In this document: one piece after another, positions 10,110 through 20,686 of the stretch
Position numbering within the stretch: position 1 is the first letter of the stretch
How the letters are laid out: each line of letters starts with the position of its first letter
NCBI GenBank assembly: GCA_965226495.1
Contig: OZ245365.1
Location: forward strand, 2,784,001-2,848,000
Reading direction: 5' to 3'
DNA from: Candidatus Marinacidobacterales bacterium
GTDB taxonomy: Bacteria > Acidobacteriota > Vicinamibacteria > Marinacidobacterales > DATDRI01
Length of the DNA: 64,000 nucleotides
Program-made: the position numbers and the translations under genes
The notes under the pieces: generated by a model
Databases searched by the model: none
What the model saw: only the letters and a program-made list of their open reading frames with translations
Told to the model about the DNA's origin: nothing

Positions 10110-11955
10110 ATGCTCCGAAATTCTCCAATGGTGATGGGGGCGATGATCGTCGTCGTGTTGCTGTCTGGTTGTGAGGCCGCAGTACCCAGCGATCCCCTAC
10201 TCACGGAGCACGAAGCAGTCTTCGGTGCCTTCAACAACTACACGCCCCCACAATACGACGCACTCACCAATGAGGCAGTCTACATCACGATGCGAGACGG
10301 CGTCCGCATCGCAATCGATGTGACACTGCCGTCACCGCTCGCGCCGAACGCAAAGCTCCCCGCCATCCTAATGACGACTCGATACTGGCGCGCCCGCCAG
10401 GGACAGGAGCCGCGTGACTACGACCGTTTCTTCGCCGGGCACGGCTACGCGTTGATTCGAGCCGACGAGCGCGGGACCGGCGCTTCGTTCGGTATCTGGC
10501 AACACTTGTGGCCCCCCGATGCCGTCGCCGACTATGGAGAGACCGCCGAATGGATCGCGTCCCAACCATGGTCCAACGGCACGGTCGGCGGCATTGGCGT
10601 CTCCTACGTGGGTACGACGGCGCAGCTCCTCGCCGTTTCCAATCATCCCGCGGTGAAAGCCGTTGTCCCGAAGTTCATGGAGTTCGACGCCTATACCGAC
10701 ATCGGTCTTCCCGGGGGAATTCCACTCGAATGGCTGATCGGCACTTGGCTCAACGTGGTGCGGCAGCTGGATCGAAACGAAGCCCCCGGGGGCGGCAATC
10801 GCAAAGTGAGGCCGGTCGACGCGGACACCGACAGGGCTCTTCTGGCGGAAGCCATTGCCGAGCACGGAAACAGCCCCGACATTCGTCCACTGATGGAAGT
10901 CTCTTTCCGGGATGAGCCCGGCCCGGGGTTGGAGACGACGTGGGACGACATGAGTGTCCACACCTACTTGGATGAAATCGAGCGCTCCGGCGCTGCCATT
11001 TACGGTTGGGGAAGCTGGAACGATGCCGGAACCGCAGACTCGGTCATCAGGCGCTTCATGACCTTGAGCAATCCTCAGCGTGGAGTCATCGGCCCCTGGA
11101 ATCACGGAGGAGGTCTCCACACCAGTCAATACCTAGCCGATGATGCGACCACCGTTCCTAGTCGGAAGGCGCAGTGGCTCGAGGATCTTCGGTTTTTCGA
11201 CTACTACCTAAAGGGGGTCGACACCGGGATCATGAACGAGAAGGTGATCATCTACTACACGATGGGCGAGGCGAAATGGAAGCGGACCACGACGTGGCCG
11301 GTTTCCGGGGTCACACGCCAACGTTGGTACTTAGGTGAAGACCAAAACCTGGTAACCGAGGCGCCGAGCGCCCCCACCGGTAGCGATCGCTACGAGATCG
11401 ACTTTGATGCGACGACCGGGCCCGCGAGTCGCTGGCATACCGAGATGGCAGGCGGGGATGTCGTCTACGGTGATCGCGCCGATGACGATGAGAGACTTCT
11501 GACCTACACCAGCCCTCCGCTCGAGACGGACCTCGAAGTCACCGGTTATCCCCTGGTCCTGCTCCACGTTGCTTCCACCCACGAAGACGGGGCGTTTTAT
11601 GCCTATCTGGAGGACGTCCACCCGGACGGAAGGGTCACTTATGTCACCGAGGGACAGCTTCGCGCCCTAACCCGCAAAATCTCCAGCGAAGAGCCCCCGT
11701 ACCGAGTCTTCGGCCCCTACCACACCTTCAAAACCGCAGACGCCGCCGCCCTCGTCCCGGGCGAGGTCGCGGAGTTCAGAATCGGCCTCCAACCCACCTC
11801 CGTTGTGTTCAAGCAGGGGCACAGGGTTCCGACTCGCGCTCGCCGGTAACGATGCCGGCCTGTTCGCCCGGGTCCCGAAGAATGGAGATCCAGCAATCAC
11901 GGTGGAACGAAATGCAAATCACCCGTCGTTAATAGAGCTTCCTGTGGTAAAATAA
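10110..11955 (+). CDS. CocE/NonD (S15) family hydrolase, lipoprotein; frameshift near 11829
   Basis: MRDGVRIA, DERGTGASFG, GVSYVG, GPWNHG; the expected tail RLALAGNDAG...SLIELPVVK* continues in another frame to 11955. Confidence 0.85.
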
Positions 11956-12068
11956 CCCCATACCCGCTCCAAACTATAGTCACGATTCAGATTAGGACCG
12001 CCGGTTTCTGGTGGTTCAAAAGGCTTAAGGTTTTACTTGAGGACTTGGTTCCAAGTATTTAAAAACAT

Positions 12069-12098
12069 TTGCCTTTCTCCTTGTTGCCAGTGTATTAT
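12069..12098 (+). promoter_or_regulatory. Sigma70-type promoter
   Basis: TTGCCT-N18-TATTAT in an AT-rich intergenic region upstream of 12193. Confidence 0.5.
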
Positions 12099-12192
12099 CA
12101 GTCCGCTCTCATCACCCCTGGACGATAGAGATTTGCCAACATCTGCCGATGGAACCCCGTTAGAGGGCTCAGACAGAGACGAAGGAGCGTGA

Positions 12193-13278
12193 ATGTACCC
12201 CAACCGACATAAGCAGTGGTACTTAGCCGGCGCCGTTCTCGGGCTAGTCGTTCTTTTCGGAGCTTGCGCACTGGAGGAAGGAAGCTCGCCCACCTCGAAC
12301 ACTCCCCCAGTGGTTGGCAGCAGTGAGGGCCAGCCCGCTCCGACTGCCCCACCTGCCGCACCCGGCACAGCGCCGCCGACAATTGTCAGCCCCGAGGGGG
12401 GCGAAGAGGTCGGCAGCCAATCACCGACGCTCACGGTTAGAAACGCCACCACTACGGACGGGCCCCCGACCTACACCTTCCAAGTCGCGACAGACCGCAG
12501 CTTCAATGACATCGTGGCGAGAGAAGGGGGCGTGCGTGAAGGTTCCGACGGGAAGACCGCCTGGCAAGTCGAAAAGTCGCTGGAAGCTCGCAAGCATTTT
12601 TGGCGAGCCTATGCAGACTTGGGCACGAGTCGGCTTACGTCGGAAGTCGCCGATTTTACCGTCCCCGAAGAATCCGAACCCAGTCTTCCCGGCGTTGGCG
12701 GTGGCGGTCAGGTCATCCTTACCGATTCCCTCACCAATGGCGGCTCGGTAGGCCAGGTCTCGGGCGGTGCGTTTACGTCCCGCGGTTGGGAAGTGAGAGC
12801 AAAGAATAACTTCATTCGCTATAACATCCCCCCGCTCGCGGCAGGATACGTCGAATTCGACACCTGGGGGCTTCAACGCTCCAATCCCAGCCTCGATCAG
12901 TTCATGCTGTTCGGAATGTGGGATCCCAACCGAGGAGATTACCGGGCGAATCCGTTCCGGGTGCATCTCCAAAAGCTCGATCCGAGGCACAACGGTCCCT
13001 ACTTACGCTTGCGCTGGATTGCGCAGGGCGAGCAACACGACGAAGGTAACGGCTTCCTCAATTGGGAACCGTTCAAGGTCTATACGTGGCGCATCCAGTG
13101 GGGTCCCGCCGGCGCCCGGAACACGGCCGACGTTTTTATGAACGGCAACCACATGATTACGGTGAGCTATAGCCGAGCCTACAATCCAAGCAAACATTAT
13201 GTGGAGCTCGGGATCGCAGAGCGGGCGGAATCCATCCAGGGAGTGGTTTACTCGAACGTCGAAATTGGGCGCCGGTAG
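12193..13278 (+). CDS. Hypothetical lipoprotein (Pro-rich linker, Ig/Fn3-like domain, lectin-like beta-sandwich)
   Basis: LFGAC lipobox, YTFQVATDRSF and HFWRAYA motifs, aromatic-rich C-terminal domain. Confidence 0.7.
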   Translation: MYPNRHKQWYLAGAVLGLVVLFGACALEEGSSPTSNTPPVVGSSEGQPAPTAPPAAPGTAPPTIVSPEGGEEVGSQSPTLTVRNATTTDGPPTYTFQVATDRSFNDIVAREGGVREGSDGKTAWQVEKSLEARKHFWRAYADLGTSRLTSEVADFTVPEESEPSLPGVGGGGQVILTDSLTNGGSVGQVSGGAFTSRGWEVRAKNNFIRYNIPPLAAGYVEFDTWGLQRSNPSLDQFMLFGMWDPNRGDYRANPFRVHLQKLDPRHNGPYLRLRWIAQGEQHDEGNGFLNWEPFKVYTWRIQWGPAGARNTADVFMNGNHMITVSYSRAYNPSKHYVELGIAERAESIQGVVYSNVEIGRR

Positions 13279-13377
13279 ACCTTAGCACTACTCTAAATCG
13301 GGCCTCGCGACACTTCGTTACAGTTGATGCGAGGGGCATCGAAACGGTAGAGTTTCTTCTCTTTCAGGAGAAACTCA

Positions 13378-15009
13378 ATGCCCCTCGCATCTTCTCTCTT
13401 TGCCGTCCTCGCTTTCGTTATCGCGGGCTCGACGTATAGCCAAAGCGATACGCCGGTCGCTCCCCTGCTCGAGGACCTCGGGACGCTCCATCATCCCATC
13501 ACGACTAACTCGGAGCGTGCTCAGATCTTCTTCGATCAGGGCCTAAGACTCACGTACGCGTTCAACCATGCCGAGGCGGCCCGCGCTTTCAGAGAGGCCG
13601 CTCGACTCGACCCAGATTGCGCTATGGCGTACTGGGGACTCGGTCTCGCGCTGGGGCCCAATATCAACGACCCCATGCCCCATGCACGGGAGCTAGAGGC
13701 TTACGCAGCGGTACAGAAAGCGCTGGCATTGAAATCGAATGCCAGCGAGAACGAGCGCGCCTACATTGACGCGCTCGCAACCCGGTACTACAACAAAGAG
13801 GACGCCGACCGCTCGACCCTCGACGCCACCTACGCCAAGGCGATGGGCGGGCTCGCCGAAAAATATCCGGACGATCCCGATGCCGGGACGCTCTATGCGG
13901 CGGCGATCATGAATACGATGCCTTGGGACTATTGGACTGCCGATCTGAACCCCAAACCGGACACGGAGATAGTTATTTCTATGCTGGAATCGGTTATCGC
14001 CAACCACCCGGACCATCCCGGCGCCCATCATTACTACATTCATATCATCGAGCCATCGACCGAGCCCGGTCGTGCGGTGCCAAGTGCAGAACGCCTGGCG
14101 AATCTCATGCCAGGTGCAGGGCACTTGGTGCACATGCCCGCACACATCTACATTCGCGTAGGCCGCTATGCCGACGCATCGGAGGCCAACGTTCGCGCCA
14201 TCGCCGCCGATGAAGCCTACATCGCTCAGTGCCAGGCCCAGGGTCTATATCCGATTGGTTACTACCCGCACAACATTCACTTTCTGTGGGCCGCAGCTAC
14301 TGCGGAAGGAAACAGTGAGGTGGCCATCGACTCGGCACGCAAACTCGCCGACAAGGTGCCCCGCGGCGACTTGACGGACTTCCTGTCTCTCCAAGACTTT
14401 TTAGTGACGCCGTACTACGCGTTCACTCGATTCGGAAGGTGGGAAGAAATGCTGAGCGAGCCGCCTCCACCAAGCGATCTCGTCTTCACCAAGGGTGTTT
14501 GGCATTACGGGCGTGGAGTGGCCTTCACGGCGACCGGCCAGATCGACCGCGCCGAGCATGAGCTTTCCGAGCTGTCGAAGCTCATCGGAAATTCGACCCT
14601 GAAAGAACTGCTCATCAACCAGAGCCCGGCCCGCGACATTCTTGGCATTGCGGCCAAGACGCTGTCGGGGGAGCTCGCAGCTAAAAAAGGCGAGTTCGAA
14701 GAGGCGATTCGCTTCCTCGAAGAGGCTGCTGCGATTCAAGACGGACTGCGCTACTCGGAGCCATCGCCGTGGCATCAACCGGTGCGGCAGGTTTTGGGTG
14801 CGGTGCTGCTAGAGGCGGGCCGCCCCGCGGAAGCGGAGACCGTCTACCACAAGGATCTCGATTGGAATCTCCATAACGGCTGGTCGCTCTACGGCCTTTT
14901 GCAGGCCCAGCGAGCGCAAGGGAAAACGACGGAAGCGGCTGAAACGCAGGAGGAATTCGAAGACGCGTGGGCGCGAGCCGACGTGGCACTCACCGCTTCG
15001 CGCTTCTAG
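13378..15009 (+). CDS. Secreted TPR-repeat protein
   Basis: FFDQGLRLTYAFNH, HPGAHHYYIH, GHLVHMPAHIY, HNIHFL and NGWSL motifs. Confidence 0.85.
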   Translation: MPLASSLFAVLAFVIAGSTYSQSDTPVAPLLEDLGTLHHPITTNSERAQIFFDQGLRLTYAFNHAEAARAFREAARLDPDCAMAYWGLGLALGPNINDPMPHARELEAYAAVQKALALKSNASENERAYIDALATRYYNKEDADRSTLDATYAKAMGGLAEKYPDDPDAGTLYAAAIMNTMPWDYWTADLNPKPDTEIVISMLESVIANHPDHPGAHHYYIHIIEPSTEPGRAVPSAERLANLMPGAGHLVHMPAHIYIRVGRYADASEANVRAIAADEAYIAQCQAQGLYPIGYYPHNIHFLWAAATAEGNSEVAIDSARKLADKVPRGDLTDFLSLQDFLVTPYYAFTRFGRWEEMLSEPPPPSDLVFTKGVWHYGRGVAFTATGQIDRAEHELSELSKLIGNSTLKELLINQSPARDILGIAAKTLSGELAAKKGEFEEAIRFLEEAAAIQDGLRYSEPSPWHQPVRQVLGAVLLEAGRPAEAETVYHKDLDWNLHNGWSLYGLLQAQRAQGKTTEAAETQEEFEDAWARADVALTASRF

Positions 15010-15021
15010 GCACTGGGCCCG

Positions 15022-15945
15022 TCAGATAATCCGTTTCCCCAACGCGGAAGCCATCATCTCGACGGCCACCTCAGCGGTGGAGTTCCGGATATCGAGAACT
15101 GGATTGACTTCCGCCAGTTCGAACGAGCACAGCTTTCCGCTTTCCGCCACGAGCTCCATCGCGGTGTGCGCTTCGCGATAGGTCAGCCCGCCTCTCGCCG
15201 GAGTCCCCACTCCCGCGGCCACCGCTGGATCCAACGAATCGACGTCGAAGCTCACGTGGAAGGCTTCGGTCCCGGCGCTAGCGATGGCGATGGCGTCCTT
15301 GGTCACGGCGTGAATCCCCCTTCGGTCGATGTTCTCCATCGTGAAGACCGTGATGCCGAGCTCTTTCAGCACTCCTCTTTCGCACTCGTCGACGCTTCGC
15401 ACGCCGATCAACGCGGCATGTGCGGGATCGACCCGCCCTTCATCCGGTCCAAAGCCGCCGACCTCGACGAGTTCTCTGGCCCCCCTGCCTAGCACGACCG
15501 CCAGCGGCATGCCGTGGATGTTGCCGGAGGGCGATGTTTCCGGGGTGTTCGCATCACCGTGGGCATCGAACCAAAGAAGCCCCATTTTTTTTCCCTCGCT
15601 GCGGTAATGAGCGGCGACACCGGAAATCGTGCCGATGGCCATGGAGTGGTCGCCCCCGAGGACGACGGGAAACTCACCCCGACCCATCGTCCGCTCTACC
15701 TTCCCGCAGAGATTGTCGACGGTCCGCACGATTTCCGGGAGGTACCGCAGCTTCGGATCGCTTACTTCCTGCACTTCGGGGCAGACGACCACGATATCGC
15801 CGCCATCGACAACCTCATAACCCAAGCGCTCCAGGGTCTTCCTGGCACCGGCAATGCGGATTGCCGACGGCCCCATGTCTACACCACGGCGGCCCGCACC
15901 GAGATCGAGCGGTACACCGATGAGCCGAACGAGCGAGCTGGCCAT
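15022..15945 (-). CDS. rocF: Arginase
   Basis: GGDHS, DAHGD, SPSGNIHGMP, SFDVDSLDP and EVNP. Confidence 0.92.
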   Translation of the reverse strand: MASSLVRLIGVPLDLGAGRRGVDMGPSAIRIAGARKTLERLGYEVVDGGDIVVVCPEVQEVSDPKLRYLPEIVRTVDNLCGKVERTMGRGEFPVVLGGDHSMAIGTISGVAAHYRSEGKKMGLLWFDAHGDANTPETSPSGNIHGMPLAVVLGRGARELVEVGGFGPDEGRVDPAHAALIGVRSVDECERGVLKELGITVFTMENIDRRGIHAVTKDAIAIASAGTEAFHVSFDVDSLDPAVAAGVGTPARGGLTYREAHTAMELVAESGKLCSFELAEVNPVLDIRNSTAEVAVEMMASALGKRII

Positions 15946-16153
15946 GACGTAGTCTAAAGTCATTATATGGGATCCGCTCCCCGTCCCGTTCCAACTTGGC
16001 TCGCCTAGAAAGTTGATCGCCAAGGTCACTCTTGGCGCGGCCAGGCACCGCCGTCGTGCTCGGCTAGGTTAGTTGGAGCGGCACCAGCTAGCCCCCCAAG
16101 CGCTTCTCCTGCTTGTGGTAAGCTGCCGCCAACGGGAAAACTCGAGACGAACA

Positions 16154-17107
16154 ATGAGAGACAGACCGCGGATATCCGGCGTGCAGGTTCTCCGGATAGG
16201 AATCCTCGGGTTACTGCTCGGAGTTTCTGCTAGCTTCGGACGAAGCTCCCCCTCGTTCACTCCGCTTCCGGGCGGATCGAGGGTAGAGTCTTCCAGCCTC
16301 GATAGCCAAGCACTCCATGGGCAAGGGCAGTACTCCATTTTCTTCCCACCCTCCTACGACAGCAGCAAGGACACTTATCCGGTGATCTACTTCCTCCACG
16401 GGTTGTTCAACGACCACACGAGCTGGACCGATACCGAGCACGGCAATATGCCCGCGAAGATCGAACGGCTCATGTTGGAAAAAAAGATACCGGAAATGCT
16501 TCTAGTCCATCCCAACGGGGGTCGCAGCTTCTACACCAACTATTACGACGGACGCGTTAAATACGAAGACTTCGTGGTGAAGGAGCTAGTGGAACACGTA
16601 GAAACCACCTATCGCGCGAGAAAGGGGCGGCAGAATCGAAGCATCGCCGGAACCTCGATGGGGGGCTTCGGTGCCTTGAAGATCGCGATGAGATATCCGG
16701 ACATCTACGGGGCCGTTGCCGCGCATTCGCCGATTGTGTTCATCAACCGGAACCCGCTCGATGTTCCCCCAGAAGTGAAGTCGAGCCGGCGCTTCAGCTT
16801 CTTCAATGAGGTCTTCACTACGGTCTACGGTGACCCTCTGAACCAAGAGTACTACGATTCTAACAACCCCTTGGTTCTCGCGACTTCCGCAGATCTCAAT
16901 GGGCTGCCGATTTACTTCGACTACGGCACCGCCGACCGCTACAACCGGATCATCCAGCTCGGCCGAGGGCTGGAAGCTCTGGACCGAGCTCTCACGCAAG
17001 CCGGAGTGCCCCATGAATTCAAAGCGCATCCCGGCGAGCCACACGGGTGGGCGCTCGTCATGGCACACCTCGAGGAATCACTCGGCTTCGTGTCCCAATC
17101 CTTTTGA
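16154..17107 (+). CDS. Esterase, alpha/beta fold
   Basis: YPVIYFLHG, GTSMGG nucleophile elbow, C-terminal HGW. Confidence 0.85.
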   Translation: MRDRPRISGVQVLRIGILGLLLGVSASFGRSSPSFTPLPGGSRVESSSLDSQALHGQGQYSIFFPPSYDSSKDTYPVIYFLHGLFNDHTSWTDTEHGNMPAKIERLMLEKKIPEMLLVHPNGGRSFYTNYYDGRVKYEDFVVKELVEHVETTYRARKGRQNRSIAGTSMGGFGALKIAMRYPDIYGAVAAHSPIVFINRNPLDVPPEVKSSRRFSFFNEVFTTVYGDPLNQEYYDSNNPLVLATSADLNGLPIYFDYGTADRYNRIIQLGRGLEALDRALTQAGVPHEFKAHPGEPHGWALVMAHLEESLGFVSQSF

Positions 17108-17177
17108 GGCGGCGTTGTGTTCACCCCCGACCATGCTAACCAAAGGTACCGTTCGCTTCGGGAGCATCTTCGTAACC

Positions 17178-18296
17178 ATGTTGCATCGATCGTTCCTGCT
17201 GGCCCTGGCGGCGCCGCTGCTCCTTTCCCCCTCCGCCTCGTCGTGCAGAGACGCCGGGGTCACGCAACCCCCCAAGCTTTCACAGAGCGAGTTCGGCCGT
17301 CTCGTCAACGAGCTCTCCGAGGAGGGCGGTTATTTCTGGAGCAACAATTTCATCTCCAATGAAACATCTTACCTTCATGCACTTCAGGCACTTGACGCGA
17401 TGGCACTATCCGGCGGCGTCTACCTCGGTGTGGGACCCAACCAAAACTTCACCTACATCGCCGAGCTACGGCCCCGCATGGCCTTCGTTGTCGACATCCG
17501 ACGCCAAAACATGCTGGAGCACCTTATTTTCAAGTTCCTAACCGAAAAGGCCAAGACTAGGCTCGAATATCTTTCGTTTCTCACCGGCAGACCAATCCAT
17601 GGGCCACCTCCTTCCCGAGATCTCTCCCTCGTCGAACTGGTCGAGATCATAGAAAACACCGCCCCCGATCCGGAGTTCACCCGCCAACTTTCGTCCCAGA
17701 TGACGGCAACCCTTCGTGCCTGGCCCGAACTCAGCCTGACTCCAAGTGACTTCCAGGATATCGAACGCATCTATCTGGAGTTTTCCAGACAGGGACTGGA
17801 CATAAAGTACGATAGCTGGCGCTCGTTCTTTTTCCCTACTCTTAAGCAATTCCTGCTGGAGACCGACCTGGAGGGTGTGCAGCGAAACTGGCTCGCGACC
17901 GCGGAAAGCTACGAGCTCGTGCGGAGCATGCAACTGGCTAACCTGATCGTTCCGCTGGTCGGAGACTTCGCCGGCAAGGGAGTTTTCCGGCGTCTGGGGA
18001 AGCTTCTTCGAGGAAGCGGGGATACCGTCTCGGCCTTCTATGTCTCGAACGTGGAGTTCTATCTATTCCGACAACGCAAATGGCAGCATTTCGTGAACAA
18101 CGTGAAGCAACTGCCAATGGACGACCGAAGCATCTTTATCCGTGCCTACGCGAACCTGCATCGCCCCCACCCGCAGATGGTCGGTGACCACATCACCGTA
18201 ACGCTGATCCAAAACGTGGAGACGTTCTTGAACAACGCAGACGAGGGTCGCTATCGAAGTCTGTGGGATGTCGTGACGCTCGACTACGCCCACTAA
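17178..18296 (+). CDS. Conserved secreted hypothetical protein
   Basis: LSEEGGYF..N..SNE, YLGVGPNQNFTYI, VGDFAG and FYVSNVEFYL; signal peptide. Confidence 0.75.
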   Translation: MLHRSFLLALAAPLLLSPSASSCRDAGVTQPPKLSQSEFGRLVNELSEEGGYFWSNNFISNETSYLHALQALDAMALSGGVYLGVGPNQNFTYIAELRPRMAFVVDIRRQNMLEHLIFKFLTEKAKTRLEYLSFLTGRPIHGPPPSRDLSLVELVEIIENTAPDPEFTRQLSSQMTATLRAWPELSLTPSDFQDIERIYLEFSRQGLDIKYDSWRSFFFPTLKQFLLETDLEGVQRNWLATAESYELVRSMQLANLIVPLVGDFAGKGVFRRLGKLLRGSGDTVSAFYVSNVEFYLFRQRKWQHFVNNVKQLPMDDRSIFIRAYANLHRPHPQMVGDHITVTLIQNVETFLNNADEGRYRSLWDVVTLDYAH

Positions 18297-18300
18297 ATCT

Positions 18301-18421
18301 ATGCTGGCTTCCTTCCCGTTACTCCCTCTCCCTGAGGGAGAGGGAGTAACGGAGGAAGAGACTCTACCCTCACCCAGGCCCTCTCCCAAAGGGAGAGGGA
18401 TTAAGGGAAGGAAGCCAGCAT
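18301..18421. repeat. MITE/REP-like element with perfect 17-bp terminal inverted repeats
   Basis: atgctggcttccttccc at 18301-18317 and gggaaggaagccagcat at 18405-18421; internal 17-bp perfect hairpin ccgttactccctctccc-tga-gggagagggagtaacgg. Confidence 0.85.
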
Positions 18422-18424
18422 TAA

Positions 18425-20140
18425 TCAGCGGGAATTCTCGCGCACCCAAGCGGAAAAGATCTTGGTCAAGTGCCCAGCCTTCTCCGCTGGTGCGACCACC
18501 TCGAGCTGGAGCAACCCGTCTCCGAAGGACACGAAGTTCCCCTGAACCGTGTACCGGATACCGAGCCAATCTGCACCGAATGTGTATGAAGTTTCGCCCA
18601 GGCTCCCACGGCGATTGGAACAGCTAGCGGCCGCCGTCTCAGGCGTGTCCTTTCCTGCTGGCCACCAAGCCGAACGAAGCGAGACCGTGAAGTCGCCGGG
18701 CGGCGACGCCGCCAAAGCCGCTTCCAAAGGTGGCGCTCCCGGGCACGGGAAGGGCGCCCCCGGTTCTAGAATCCATTCGGTTGGCATCGTGACCTGCACT
18801 GGGCTGCGCGAGCGGGCGCCGGGCAAGGACACGGCCTCCCACACGACCTGCGGTACGGCTTTGACTTCGTTCACCAGGAGCCGCTGCGCTTCCATACTGG
18901 CAAGTGACTTCTGAAACACGCCTCGATTGAAAGCAATGTGTTCTGCGTCGCCCAAATAGCGCGCCACCAACTTCTCTTTAGCCCCGAGATCGAAGACGGC
19001 GTACGCCATCTTCCACGTCCCCTCTCGATTGGGAACGCGGCCGGTCACCTCACCATACTCGACTCCATCAGAGCTCTTACGAGCCGGGTCTCGACCCGCC
19101 GAGACCGCTGAGCCGGCTGAAAAAGACTCGAAGGCTTGGCCGGAGAGAAGTAACCCCGCGAGCTCGCTGATGCCCCACGGCGAGAACACGCGGTCTAGGC
19201 GGAATCTCACCCCTTCGAGGCTTTCCCCGCTGTCAGCCAATAACCGCTGCGGAGAAATATCCTCTAGCCCCTGGGCTAACTGCAAATGCACTCCCTTCCC
19301 TTCTAGCCGCTGAGCGGGCCCCAACCGCAACCTCTTGACGGGGAGAAGTGAATCCAGCCCGTGCGACTCGAGAAAGTCCTTCACCACATCGATGGAGATG
19401 GCGAATCCCACGTCTTCCGCTTCTGTTAATTTCATGCGGACCACGCCGAGAGCGTAGCCTTCCTCATCGACCAACGGACCCCCGCTGTTGCCAGGGTTCA
19501 TCGTCGCGTTGGTCTGGATGTAGCGCCCGCGACCCTCTTCATCGGCCCTCAGCGCCGATACCGTCCCCTTACTCGCACTAACGCGGGGGACGATCTCTGG
19601 AATCTTCACCTTCGCGACTTCCACCTCTTTACCGAAGGGATAACCGAAGACTTGGACCGGCTCATTGGGGCCAATCGCGGTGGAGTCCCCGAAGGGAACG
19701 TAAGTGAGATCGGCACCATTGATGGACAACACGGCGAGGTCGAGGGCAGGGTCGACGGCGTCTATCGATGCGATGAATCGGCGGGCGCCATCCCCATCCG
19801 GGCCGCCGGGCCCACCGGGCCCGCCAGGGAAGACGACCTCGACCTGCTCGACCTCCACCTTGATGGTCACTTCGGTGTCCCCCTCCTGCCGCGTGAGCTC
19901 GCGGTCACCGATCACGTGGTAATTCGTGAGCACGTGTCCGTATGGCGATATGACGAAGCCGCTCCCCGTCGCCAGCTCCACCTCCCTGCGCTCGATAGAC
20001 TCTTCCCAGGTCTTTCGATACTCGGCGCGAATCTGCCCGATCACCCGGATGAAAACGGTGGCTGCGGCCGGTGAGCTAGGCTGGGCCACGAGCGGTGCCC
20101 CCCAGAGGCACACCAGGAGCCCGAAGGCGAGCTTTCTCAT
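18425..20140 (-). CDS. Secreted trypsin-like (S1C) serine protease with an unknown C-terminal region
   Basis: GSGFVI, LTNYHV, DLAVL and NPGNSGGPL catalytic triad. Confidence 0.88.
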   Translation of the reverse strand: MRKLAFGLLVCLWGAPLVAQPSSPAAATVFIRVIGQIRAEYRKTWEESIERREVELATGSGFVISPYGHVLTNYHVIGDRELTRQEGDTEVTIKVEVEQVEVVFPGGPGGPGGPDGDGARRFIASIDAVDPALDLAVLSINGADLTYVPFGDSTAIGPNEPVQVFGYPFGKEVEVAKVKIPEIVPRVSASKGTVSALRADEEGRGRYIQTNATMNPGNSGGPLVDEEGYALGVVRMKLTEAEDVGFAISIDVVKDFLESHGLDSLLPVKRLRLGPAQRLEGKGVHLQLAQGLEDISPQRLLADSGESLEGVRFRLDRVFSPWGISELAGLLLSGQAFESFSAGSAVSAGRDPARKSSDGVEYGEVTGRVPNREGTWKMAYAVFDLGAKEKLVARYLGDAEHIAFNRGVFQKSLASMEAQRLLVNEVKAVPQVVWEAVSLPGARSRSPVQVTMPTEWILEPGAPFPCPGAPPLEAALAASPPGDFTVSLRSAWWPAGKDTPETAAASCSNRRGSLGETSYTFGADWLGIRYTVQGNFVSFGDGLLQLEVVAPAEKAGHLTKIFSAWVRENSR

Positions 20141-20553
20141 GCCCTCCAGAATAGCAGCTGTCGGGCACTGGGGTCAGATCGCCGCCTGGCCACCGTGTAG
20201 TAAAGCACTTCCCTGTTTTGGCGGCCGACAGCGTACGACTGCCGCGTCTGACCCGTTCCAGATAGGTTCGACCGGGTAGTGCGGACCCGGAGCCGGGAAG
20301 CGTCGATGTCTTCGAGACCGTGACGCCTCCACGGCTTGCCGGTAGATGTGCGAAAGCAGTCCGGCGGCCGCGACGTCGGTGTGGGAAATCGACTCCAGGG
20401 TGAGGGAAAAGGCGCTTCGGCATGGGCCACCGCCCACACCCGCGGGAAAAAATGTAGCAATGACGCGGCGAAACCATCCCTCAAGCTGGCGTGAACTTTG
20501 CAACTTTTCACACTTGACGCTTGACACCGAGACATCATCCGTAGTTTTGTGAG

Positions 20554-20682
20554 CCCCCGGACTGGGGGAGATAGGGCAGCACCCCACGCTGGTCCTTTAT
20601 TTGTGGGACAGAACCCCCTTTCTGTTCCGTTAGCGGACAGTACCCCACGCTGTTCTTCCGCCTAAGAGTCCGTCTGCGACTC
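20554..20682 (+). promoter_or_regulatory. Structured 5' leader with three repeated hairpins carrying ACCCC loop motifs
   Basis: gggcagcaccccacgctggtcc, ggacagaaccccctttctgttcc and ggacagtaccccacgctgttct; TTGACA at 20521. Confidence 0.55.
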
Positions 20683-20686
20683 CTCG

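Noticed and set aside
20574-20656. Mini-CRISPR reading of the three repeats
   Set aside because: Spacers are only about 6-10 nt, the repeats are degenerate and there are no cas genes
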